From positions 3,318 through 67,317 of the IMG/VR virus record IMGVR_UViG_3300027742_000010: a DNA stretch of 64,000 nucleotides, one strand, 5' to 3'. Position numbers and translations under genes: made by a program. The notes below the pieces were generated by a model. That model was not told where the DNA came from, searched no databases, and worked only from the letters and a program-made list of their open reading frames with translations. Positions 37,619 to 46,541 of the stretch are shown one piece after another. Each line of letters opens with the position of its first letter. Position 1 is the first letter of the stretch. Source of the DNA: a virus.

Positions 37619-39219
37619 TGGCGAAGACCACACCTGAAATTGACATCATAACCGATTCTTGGGAAGACGCAATTCTTTCCTTGAATGGGATGTTGAACTC
37701 ACTTTCAACCGAAATTATTACTGCCAATGCAACTTACGCAAATACAGGAAATACTACTATTTCTCGTAATGCTCAACTATGGGGAACGTTTGGTGCTAAT
37801 ACTATAGTTGTAAGTGATCGTATTCGAGGTGGCAACATCAATGGTCAATATACTTCTCTTGATGTTGCCACCAATGTTGCTATTTCTAATACGACAACAG
37901 CAATCAATCTTTCAGTCTCTAACGGTACAGTTCTAAGCAGTTTAGAACATAACACCATCAGGCTTGGTAATGGATCAGCAAATACTGTTGCTAACACTAA
38001 TAGTATTATAACACAATCTTCAGCAACTGTCAACACTTTTATTTCATCAACGCTAATAAAAGTTGAGAATGCCACATCATCGGCAAATATGACATCTGGT
38101 GCATTTACTGTAGGTGAATTCGCCGCAAATACCACATCGATTAATCTTGGTGCAAATGTAGCGATTACTGAAGCACTGATAACTGTAGATGCCGCAACAA
38201 CATCAGCGTCTATTAATCCTACTACGATCTTTACAGGCAATTCAACAGTCAATACTACAATCACATCAACTGATTTAGTAGTCGCAAACACAACACAAAT
38301 AGGAACAATCAATCCTTCACTTGTTTCTCTTGGATCAGTCTCGGTAAATACATCAGTAACTCCGACAACAATTAGAGTTACTGACGCTGCATCAAATTCA
38401 ACTTTAAATTCAACATCATTATCAATCGGTAACTCTACAGTTGCAGTAGTAATAGACTCTGAAAATGTAACAGGTCCACTAACGTTCACAGATACTCAAA
38501 CATTCAGTAGTGATATTAGTGTTACAGGTAATGCTACAATTAGTGGCAATGTAAATCTTGGAGATAATTCGGCTGATACGGTATCTGTGAATGGTACCCT
38601 CGACGCGTCTTTGATTCCTGTGACTGGAAACACATTATCCCTAGGTAGCACTACACGTAGATGGGAAGCGTGGGCTAATAATGTCTCAGTGTCAGGTACT
38701 CTCAATACGATTAAGACTGCTACATTCGCGAATACCGTGGGTGTTACTGGTAGTGCCACACTCTCAAATACACTTAATGTTACTGGAATTACGACTCTAT
38801 CAAATACACTTAATGTCACGGGCGCAACAACACTTTCTTCGAACACTTCTGTTGGTGGTACTGTAACAATTAATAATGATTATGTTATTCTTGTATCTGC
38901 TAATGGTGATATCGGTGCAACCACAGGTTCTCCTCTATTGATTTACAGATTCCCTAAAGCTATCTATGATTCAGCAAAGTTTCAGGTTCAAGTACAAAAT
39001 ACAAGCAATACACAAATTTCCGAATTGGTTCTTGCGCACGATGGTACAGATGCTTATGTAACAACTTATGGTACTGTCGCATCACCAGCCGCAGCAAATG
39101 GCTCTGTTTCCCCGTTAGGAACATTCACCGCAACAGTGAACAATGCTAACGTTGAATTGCAATTTATACAAACTAACCCAAATTCTTCAACGAAAGTTGT
39201 AGCGCATTTAATTAAGTAA
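37618..39219 (+). CDS. Thr/Ser/Asn-rich fibre-like structural protein
   Basis: 533-aa beta-strand-like repeats (TLSNTLNVTG x2); C-terminal SAKFQVQV...QISELVLAHDG domain. Confidence 0.65.
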   Translation: MAKTTPEIDIITDSWEDAILSLNGMLNSLSTEIITANATYANTGNTTISRNAQLWGTFGANTIVVSDRIRGGNINGQYTSLDVATNVAISNTTTAINLSVSNGTVLSSLEHNTIRLGNGSANTVANTNSIITQSSATVNTFISSTLIKVENATSSANMTSGAFTVGEFAANTTSINLGANVAITEALITVDAATTSASINPTTIFTGNSTVNTTITSTDLVVANTTQIGTINPSLVSLGSVSVNTSVTPTTIRVTDAASNSTLNSTSLSIGNSTVAVVIDSENVTGPLTFTDTQTFSSDISVTGNATISGNVNLGDNSADTVSVNGTLDASLIPVTGNTLSLGSTTRRWEAWANNVSVSGTLNTIKTATFANTVGVTGSATLSNTLNVTGITTLSNTLNVTGATTLSSNTSVGGTVTINNDYVILVSANGDIGATTGSPLLIYRFPKAIYDSAKFQVQVQNTSNTQISELVLAHDGTDAYVTTYGTVASPAAANGSVSPLGTFTATVNNANVELQFIQTNPNSSTKVVAHLIK

Positions 39220-39226
39220 GGTAAAA

Positions 39227-40933
39227 ATGGCAAACACAGCATTTAAAATTGAAAATGGCTTAGTAGTAGCAGGTCCAAATACTGAAATCTACACGGCAGT
39301 TAAAATCTTTTCGACACTAGAAACTACTAGCGGGGCAACTATTGGTGGTGATCTTGTAGTATCCGGGAACCTTACTTATTCAAATACACAAATTTCAGGT
39401 GAATTAATACCTACAGTCGGTGGAATTCCACTAGGAAACACAACAAATCGATTTGATTTATTTGGCAGAAACATTAATGTGTCTAATAACATCTTAGCGG
39501 CTGCTAACGGTGTTGCTTTGGGAAGCAACACCCAGAGGTTTACCGCATACACTACGTCTGTCAATTCGTCAGGTACTATTACAGTCGGTGCAGGAACGAT
39601 TACAGGGACTAATTATTCTGGTACAGCGAATAACGCTACTACAGTATATGGAATTACGACAAACGGTTTAGTTGCTAGAACTGGTGCAGGTATAGGTTCA
39701 GCACGTTCTATTATTGGATCAGATGGTATTACAGTTACTAATGGTAGTGGCGCTGTAGGAAATCCGACCATTACGATTGATACGGGTTCTGGTTTATTTA
39801 GTAATACGACGGGTCTTTATGTAAATGCATCATCTATCGCTGTTGGTACTGTGTCACTCGCAAGAGGTGGTACCGGCGCAACAACGGCGACTGGTGCAGC
39901 AACCAATATTTTACCAATACAAATCGGAAATTCTGGCAAGTTTCTTACCACAAACGGTGTAACAATATCATGGATAGATGGTCCAGTCGGTTTTACTGGC
40001 TCTAAGGGTGATGTTGGTCTAACGGGTCTAACTGGCGCTACGGGTTTTACTGGTTCAAAGGGTAATATTGGTGATATTGGTCCAACTGGTTTTACTGGTT
40101 CAAGCGGTTTCACCGGATCTGCGTCCACAGTGGCAGGACCAACCGGCTTTACTGGGTCAAAGGGTAATATTGGTGATATTGGTCCAACTGGTTTTACTGG
40201 GTCTCAAGGTATTATCGGTGATACTGGTCCAACTGGTTTTACTGGCTCTAGAGGTAATGTTGGTTTTACTGGGTCTCAAGGTATTATCGGTGATACTGGT
40301 TTAGCAGGTACAGATGGTGTTGATGGTGCTACTGGTTTTACTGGCTCCAGAGGTAATGTTGGTTTTACTGGGTCTCAAGGTATTATCGGTGATACTGGTT
40401 TAGCAGGTACAGATGGTGTTGATGGTGCTACTGGTTTTACTGGCTCTAGAGGCAATGTTGGTTTTACTGGGTCTGCGTCCACAGTGGCAGGACCAACAGG
40501 TTTTACTGGCTCTAGAGGTAATGTTGGTTTTACTGGGTCTGCGTCCACAGTGGCAGGACCAACAGGTTTTACTGGCTCTAGAGGTAACACAGGCACAACT
40601 GGTTTTACTGGCTCCGCCGGTTCGAATCTGATTCCGCAGTCGGGGACTACCAAAACAGCTAGTTATACTTTGACTACTAACGATGCAGGTGACCATATAG
40701 AATTAGGAACAGGCGGCGCAATCACCATACCGAATTCAGTATTTAGTGCGGGTGACGTGGTAACACTAGTTAACCCTACCATAGATGCTAAGACTATTAC
40801 ATGTAGCACAACCACAACGTATATTTCGGGTATAAATGCAGACAAAACATCAGTCTCCCTTAGAGGAAGAGGAATAGCAACCGTGTTTTTCGTATCTTCA
40901 ACTCAAGCAATAATTATAGGGGCGGTAATCTAA
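39227..40933 (+). CDS. collagen-like fibre protein
   Basis: Gly-X-Y and GFTGS repeats spanning about 39980-40620. Confidence 0.8.
   Translation: MANTAFKIENGLVVAGPNTEIYTAVKIFSTLETTSGATIGGDLVVSGNLTYSNTQISGELIPTVGGIPLGNTTNRFDLFGRNINVSNNILAAANGVALGSNTQRFTAYTTSVNSSGTITVGAGTITGTNYSGTANNATTVYGITTNGLVARTGAGIGSARSIIGSDGITVTNGSGAVGNPTITIDTGSGLFSNTTGLYVNASSIAVGTVSLARGGTGATTATGAATNILPIQIGNSGKFLTTNGVTISWIDGPVGFTGSKGDVGLTGLTGATGFTGSKGNIGDIGPTGFTGSSGFTGSASTVAGPTGFTGSKGNIGDIGPTGFTGSQGIIGDTGPTGFTGSRGNVGFTGSQGIIGDTGLAGTDGVDGATGFTGSRGNVGFTGSQGIIGDTGLAGTDGVDGATGFTGSRGNVGFTGSASTVAGPTGFTGSRGNVGFTGSASTVAGPTGFTGSRGNTGTTGFTGSAGSNLIPQSGTTKTASYTLTTNDAGDHIELGTGGAITIPNSVFSAGDVVTLVNPTIDAKTITCSTTTTYISGINADKTSVSLRGRGIATVFFVSSTQAIIIGAVI
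40235..40564 (+). repeat. tandem duplications: 99 bp x2 and 66 bp x2
   Basis: 40235-40333 vs 40334-40432 and 40433-40498 vs 40499-40564, one mismatch per pair. Confidence 0.9.
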
Positions 40934-41352
40934 TGTCACTTATGCAACCGCTAATGGCGGATACGCTGAGATTTAATTCATCATATTCAGATCAATCGCT
41001 GGCGGATTCTTCGCCTGCGGGTGTATCATTTTATTCTAATGGGCAAGTTACACAATACCACAGTTTTCCTTCAATACCGCAATGGGTATACCCAAGTTAT
41101 GCTTCTCAACAGAAAACTTATTATATCAGAGCTTCAAATCTTACTGGCTCTACTACCTTTTATTCAGGGCCCGCATTAAATACCTGGCATGCACTTACGA
41201 CAACTAGAACATGGTCTTTAACTCCTTCAACTAATGAGTTAACTTTCTCTTATTCATTTGACTGTCAAATTGCAGAAGACAGTAGTGGATCATCTATAGT
41301 AAGCACAGGGTCAGTAACCCTTACGGTTGAAGCGTCAGGAGGAGCTCTATGA
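40933..41352 (+). CDS. putative fibre tip/adhesin or assembly protein
   Basis: 139 aa, TAATG-coupled to the fibre gene; resembles 51561-51968. Confidence 0.55.
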   Translation: MSLMQPLMADTLRFNSSYSDQSLADSSPAGVSFYSNGQVTQYHSFPSIPQWVYPSYASQQKTYYIRASNLTGSTTFYSGPALNTWHALTTTRTWSLTPSTNELTFSYSFDCQIAEDSSGSSIVSTGSVTLTVEASGGAL

Positions 41353-41383
41353 CAAAATTTTATTCAATAGGATTTATTCGATA

Positions 41384-41713
41384 ATGTCTATTCAAGCAAA
41401 TTTGGTCTTAGATCAAGGCGCGACATTCGATGCAAAATTTCTTATCAGAGATTCTGCAAATAATATTATAGACCTTACGGGATATACTGGAGCATCAAAA
41501 ATGCGGAAGTCATATGCCTCAGCAAATTCACACACATTCATTGTATCGGTGGAAGCTTCTAATGGTATTGTTCAACTCTCTATGAGCGCTGCGAACACAT
41601 CAAACGTTGCTTATGGTAGATATGTTTACGATGTGGAATTAACCTCTGTAGCTAATGTAATATCAAGAGTATTTGAAGGTGTGGTTACAGTAAAGCCCGA
41701 GGTGACTAAGTGA
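41384..41713 (+). CDS. conserved phage structural protein (start probably 41384)
   Basis: ANLVLDQGATF...DLTGYT.ASKMRKSY...GRYVYDVEL...RVFEG.VTV.PEVT. Confidence 0.7.
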   Translation: MSIQANLVLDQGATFDAKFLIRDSANNIIDLTGYTGASKMRKSYASANSHTFIVSVEASNGIVQLSMSAANTSNVAYGRYVYDVELTSVANVISRVFEGVVTVKPEVTK

Positions 41714-41745
41714 TCCAGAGAATAATCAATTATACAGCAAACATG

Positions 41746-41775
41746 AAAAAGGAGGGAGATAGAATTATCCCCCTC
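41746..41775 (-). terminator. intrinsic terminator downstream of the glycosyltransferase
   Basis: GAGGG-AGATA/TATC-C-CCCTC hairpin followed on the minus strand by U5. Confidence 0.45.
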
Positions 41776-41840
41776 TATAATAAAGAACCCTTACGCGGCT
41801 TTAATGAAAATAAGTTAAGAGTCGAAATACTCAACGACGA

Positions 41841-44800
41841 TTATTGAGCATAGCCAGTTTTATAAAAGCACCAATCACTATCAACTCCGTTTTTACTAAA
41901 TTCGCTTGTATGAATAGACCAACCTCTAGCTTTTAACCAATTCACAATTTCATCACGCTTAGCCCCACCGATATTATATTCTTCGTTTTGAATTTCTAAT
42001 ATCAGAAGTTCAGCATGCGCCAAGACCTTTTCTGCACCCTTTAGAATATCTAGTTCAGCACCTTGAACATCCATTTTAATTAAAGTCGGGAGTGGAAAAT
42101 TGCTTCTTCCTACAACACTATCAAGCGTTTGAGTTTTCTTAGTAACCTTATTGTCTTCAGTCCAAATCTTGTCGGCATTTGGACTGAATTTAGGATTTTC
42201 ATCATAATATGAATTTCCAGCAGGATGCTCTAAGCTTTGATTGAATATTACATCAGTCCCATCCGAATCAGACAAAACACCAATGTGGTGCTTATATCCT
42301 TCGTATAGGAATTCTAATTCATCAACAGCATCGAACAATACAAATTCTGCTTCGGGCCAGACTTCTTTAGCTTTCTTGGTCCAATGCAATGTACAAGCTC
42401 CAATATCATAAATCACTTTTGGTGACCATAAAAATGTGTCTGATAATTTGTGGAGAAAATCTGCATGACTTGCGGGAAGTAGATCTTGATCTGTGAGATC
42501 GCTCAGCCTTTCTCTTATCGGGTCTGAATTATCTGTATCTAAATCAGCAATTGCATAATTTTTATTACCATGGTGACCGCATGTGAGTGTCAGATCTGCC
42601 CAGACAGTGAAGCCAGCTTCCCTAGCCTTCTTACAGAAATAGACGTCTTCAGACAATTTAATTGTAAGAGCGTCGGTCATTTCATATTTAAAATGTGGGT
42701 AGTTCGTTCCTTTAAAAACTTCTGTTTTGATTAAACAGCATCCCATACCACAAGCACCAATTTCTAATAGATTTGCGTCAAACCCTCCATATAAAATTCG
42801 ACGATAGTTCTTATCATAAAGTTCAATATCGCCGTTGTCTAGTCTTTGTCTGTAAACACCACTAACAATATCTTTATCGGCTTTGAGTAATCGGCCGAGT
42901 GTATCACTACCAAATGAGATATCAGAATCTACAAAGAAAATATAGTCATAATTTGTAGACCAGGTTGCAACGAGATTTCGGACTTGATCAATCGCATATC
43001 CATAAAAATACTCGAAGTGTGTTTCATAACCGCCAGGCACATTCAAATTTATTAAAGATTTGGCTGTTTCATTCTCGAGACCTTTATTGGTCGGGACAGC
43101 TATTAAAATTTTCTTTGTTGTTTCGCCATTCGTCATGTTCCTAATTCTTTCTGCATTTTTTGTTTGTTCATCACCGTTTATCTTATAATCATTTTTGTCA
43201 TGTGCATCATTATACACGTAATGAATATGCGGCACACATATTACCTTTTCAGGGTCTGCCATCTCAAGCACATTATAAAATAGAGCACCATCCCCACCTG
43301 CCCTATAGTAATTACCGTCGGCATCTTTAAATGGATGGTAGCCATGTTGATGAATAAGACCAATAAACAGAGTACTGTCGAATGTTCTCAAGTGAGTGTA
43401 TGGCATATTCCATGGGAACTGATATTGTCTATATTGTTTCGTTTGTTTAATTTCGGGCGGATATTCTTGTGAAATGAGTGGAATTCCATCTACGACTGAC
43501 CAACATGAACCATACGTAAATTCGGCTCCGTCGTTGTAGAGATTATTGTAGTAATTGAAAATGTCAGGGTCGTTTACTAACCAATCATCACCGTCAAGCA
43601 ACATGGCTATACTATCGCCCCTGCCCTCCAAAACACCAATTTGATTCGCGAGAGCTCCAACATTCTCATCATTCTGTTTAATGATAAAGTTTTTTCTCAG
43701 ATTTTCGGGTAATCTGGCAACACAATTTACAGCTTCGCGATATGTATTATCTGTAGAAGCATCATCGACAATCCACATTCTATAATTTGAATAGTTTTGA
43801 GCAGCGACAGATTCAATACATTTGCCGATCCATTTTTCAGCATTGTAACATGGAGTAATAACATCTATTTTATTATATGGGGGCTGTGAAATAGAATCAA
43901 CTTCTCCAGGATTTTTCCATCTCTTACCGAAAACTTTGTTCACTTCGGCATTAATTTTACTCGTCGCTTTAGTAATTTCTAAAGGAACAGGAACGCCAAG
44001 TTTATAATGAATATGACTATACCACTGTAGAGCTACAGATCTCCAAGAACATATGTTTCTAACTTGGCTACAAGCGTGCATTTTTTGTTGGTGTATCAGT
44101 CTCCCGTCTGATGACTGATCATAGGCTTCAAGGATAAGCTCAACAAATTTATCAACTTGTTCTTCTTCATTTAACCAACTGGCATTCATGAAATTTGGAA
44201 CGACTGGATATGGGATCTTATACGATGCAATATCGATTGCGGTTTGTTCTAAAGCACCAAAATTACAAGTGATTACAGGAACCTTGTGATATAATGCTTC
44301 CAAAGTAGAGATGCCAAACGTCTCTGGAAAATCACATGGATATACAAAGTAGCTAGCTGCTCTCAAAATGTCTGAAATTTCGGCTTGCGGAATTACTCCA
44401 GTAAATTCAATTTCAGGATGATCTTTGACCATCTCTCTCCAATCAAGCTCTTGTTGATCAGGTTCCCCGTTATTCATGCGGTAATAACCACCGACAACTT
44501 TCAATTTTGCTTTAGGAGCTTTATCTAAAACTTTTGGCCAGATCTTTTTAACAAGAGGAACCATACCCTTTGTCACTGATGCATTAAATACGAATAAATT
44601 AGGATCTTTGGCAGCAGGATCAACCCACTCGTCGTTCATATGACCAATGCCATTTCGTGTCTGGAAAATGTATTTCTTTAAAGCATCGAAATGACGTTGG
44701 TTACCATGATTACAGCTCGTAACATATGACGTATGCCAATCAGATAAAGTGAAAATTTCATCTATTTTACCATTCACAACGAGCTCTTCTAAAAGCTGAT

Positions 44801-45149
44801 CGCCATCTGAGAATGTATCATGCATCCAAAGAATCTTGTGTTTCGAACCAGCCAGAATTTCCCAAGAGTCTTTAAACGGTAGTACTGATCGCGTCACTAT
44901 TACAACATCATATGGAGCTTTGAGAACAACAGTTCTAGCATTTAATATGTGGAAATAATTTACGCCGTCGTAATTTGCAGGGCGAGCATCACCTGAATGA
45001 CAATCATTATAAATGTCTACGTTAATTCCTAATTTAGTAAGCTCTTCCGCCATTCTAATGACAGCAGTTTCAGATCCGCCTAATCCCCTCTTTTGGAGTG
45101 TTGTTCCATCATAATGAATTCCTAGTGGGTCTACAATCGCAATTTTCAT
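41841..45149 (-). CDS. multidomain glycosyltransferase (GT-B + two GT-A/GT2 domains) fused to FkbM-family methyltransferase
   Basis: GLGGSETA...ETFGISTLEA (GT4-like); VITPCYNAEKWI...LLDGDDWL (GT2); ILIAVPT...FFVDSDI (GT-A); IYDIGAC...LIKMDVQGAELDILKG (FkbM). Confidence 0.9.
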   Translation of the reverse strand: MKIAIVDPLGIHYDGTTLQKRGLGGSETAVIRMAEELTKLGINVDIYNDCHSGDARPANYDGVNYFHILNARTVVLKAPYDVVIVTRSVLPFKDSWEILAGSKHKILWMHDTFSDGDQLLEELVVNGKIDEIFTLSDWHTSYVTSCNHGNQRHFDALKKYIFQTRNGIGHMNDEWVDPAAKDPNLFVFNASVTKGMVPLVKKIWPKVLDKAPKAKLKVVGGYYRMNNGEPDQQELDWREMVKDHPEIEFTGVIPQAEISDILRAASYFVYPCDFPETFGISTLEALYHKVPVITCNFGALEQTAIDIASYKIPYPVVPNFMNASWLNEEEQVDKFVELILEAYDQSSDGRLIHQQKMHACSQVRNICSWRSVALQWYSHIHYKLGVPVPLEITKATSKINAEVNKVFGKRWKNPGEVDSISQPPYNKIDVITPCYNAEKWIGKCIESVAAQNYSNYRMWIVDDASTDNTYREAVNCVARLPENLRKNFIIKQNDENVGALANQIGVLEGRGDSIAMLLDGDDWLVNDPDIFNYYNNLYNDGAEFTYGSCWSVVDGIPLISQEYPPEIKQTKQYRQYQFPWNMPYTHLRTFDSTLFIGLIHQHGYHPFKDADGNYYRAGGDGALFYNVLEMADPEKVICVPHIHYVYNDAHDKNDYKINGDEQTKNAERIRNMTNGETTKKILIAVPTNKGLENETAKSLINLNVPGGYETHFEYFYGYAIDQVRNLVATWSTNYDYIFFVDSDISFGSDTLGRLLKADKDIVSGVYRQRLDNGDIELYDKNYRRILYGGFDANLLEIGACGMGCCLIKTEVFKGTNYPHFKYEMTDALTIKLSEDVYFCKKAREAGFTVWADLTLTCGHHGNKNYAIADLDTDNSDPIRERLSDLTDQDLLPASHADFLHKLSDTFLWSPKVIYDIGACTLHWTKKAKEVWPEAEFVLFDAVDELEFLYEGYKHHIGVLSDSDGTDVIFNQSLEHPAGNSYYDENPKFSPNADKIWTEDNKVTKKTQTLDSVVGRSNFPLPTLIKMDVQGAELDILKGAEKVLAHAELLILEIQNEEYNIGGAKRDEIVNWLKARGWSIHTSEFSKNGVDSDWCFYKTGYAQ

Positions 45150-45173
45150 TCATATCTCCATAATATACAAATT

Positions 45174-45191
45174 TATTTATATGTATAAATA
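45174..45191. promoter_or_regulatory. divergent T4 late promoters
   Basis: TATAAATA on minus strand at 45174-45181 and on plus strand at 45184-45191. Confidence 0.7.
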
Positions 45192-45314
45192 ATAAAAAGG
45201 AGTAAGTTTATGAACATATTATTTCATTTTGAGAACTTTGATGTTAGTTTAAATACAAATACTGAAATATTGACTTCAGCACAATTTCCTTAAAATTAAA
45301 GCGACCCTAAACTA

Positions 45315-46541
45315 ATGACCAAGATTAGATTGGTGACTGGAACACCAGGTATTTATTCAATAGATACAATTGACATTCCAAACTTTCATAAAGTTAATTA
45401 TGAAGTTACTATTATTACACCTACTATTAATCAGTATTCGTATCTAGAGTGTTCTTCAGATGGTAATGAATGCTATCAAACTCTTGAATCTTTCACGAGC
45501 GACAATTCTGCTCCTATTTTTATTGAAACGAACTGTGAAAATTTTTCATCAAATATTATTATTACGACTACTGAAGAGAATAATTTTATCATCGCAAATC
45601 GAGTCGATTTTTCAACTTCTAATTACGGCGAAAACACTAACATTGGCAAATTGATTAAGCACACTTCTGGATATGGTATCGATTGGGAATCCTCAGCAAA
45701 CACCGTTTTAGTAAGATCACCATTGATCAACTCATTTGGCCCTTTCACCGAGTCTATGTTTTTGGGCATCGACGAAGAATTGCTTAATGATAATTGGATC
45801 GGTGTTAATGGATCTAAAAGAGATGAAAATATCTTCATCGCATCAGCACAGAAACCAAATTATCACTATCAAGAAATTGCAGTCGAACCAGACTTTAATT
45901 ACGTTCTTGATGTTACAGATTTAATTTATACTATAGCTGATGAGATAAATGTAATAGAAAGAAGTGAAAGACAACAAGGACAGTGTTATGTTCGAGTTGG
46001 CTCTTCTCCTGGAGGAAGTGATTTACTTAACTTCCAAGCAACTATAAATCTTCTCACGTCAAGCTTTACTATAACACCTGTGACGGATAAGGTTTATGTT
46101 TCTATTGGGTTTGGCGACATCAATAATACAATCACATATGACTCAATTTCATTTAAAAAGAATGCTCCTTTCGAAACATGGAATGTTGGAGCTGGAACAA
46201 CGTATGTTAAATGGGACGATATCGGCACTCTAGATACGCTTTTAAATATTATTAAACCTTCTGAAAGTGGGATAAATATTTCTATAGAAACGAATGCTGA
46301 TAACAGTGTTCTAATTACACAGGGGGAAGTGTCTGTGAATGTGGGAACACAATTTGCTGGAACGAATAAACTATCATTTACCAAATTGGGAGCATCGTTG
46401 AATGCTGACACCATAGTTCCTATCGATTTGGATTACTCGTATGTGACATATATTCAATATGTAAACATGCCACTAAAACTTAGTTATGTTCCAGTAAACG
46501 TGTCTAATATCGATTTGCAGGCTCTATCATCATATGGTTAA
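45315..46541 (+). CDS. hypothetical protein, probably structural
   Basis: 408-aa ORF in the late fibre region. Confidence 0.65.
   Translation: MTKIRLVTGTPGIYSIDTIDIPNFHKVNYEVTIITPTINQYSYLECSSDGNECYQTLESFTSDNSAPIFIETNCENFSSNIIITTTEENNFIIANRVDFSTSNYGENTNIGKLIKHTSGYGIDWESSANTVLVRSPLINSFGPFTESMFLGIDEELLNDNWIGVNGSKRDENIFIASAQKPNYHYQEIAVEPDFNYVLDVTDLIYTIADEINVIERSERQQGQCYVRVGSSPGGSDLLNFQATINLLTSSFTITPVTDKVYVSIGFGDINNTITYDSISFKKNAPFETWNVGAGTTYVKWDDIGTLDTLLNIIKPSESGINISIETNADNSVLITQGEVSVNVGTQFAGTNKLSFTKLGASLNADTIVPIDLDYSYVTYIQYVNMPLKLSYVPVNVSNIDLQALSSYG

Noticed and set aside
39980-40620. CRISPR-like or DGR template repeats
   Set aside because: The repeats are in-frame collagen codons without unique spacers; there is no reverse transcriptase and no adenine-specific mismatch pair.
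41710-41847. 45-codon GTG ORF after 41713
   Set aside because: Overlaps a probable terminator and the end of the convergent gene; no supporting motif.
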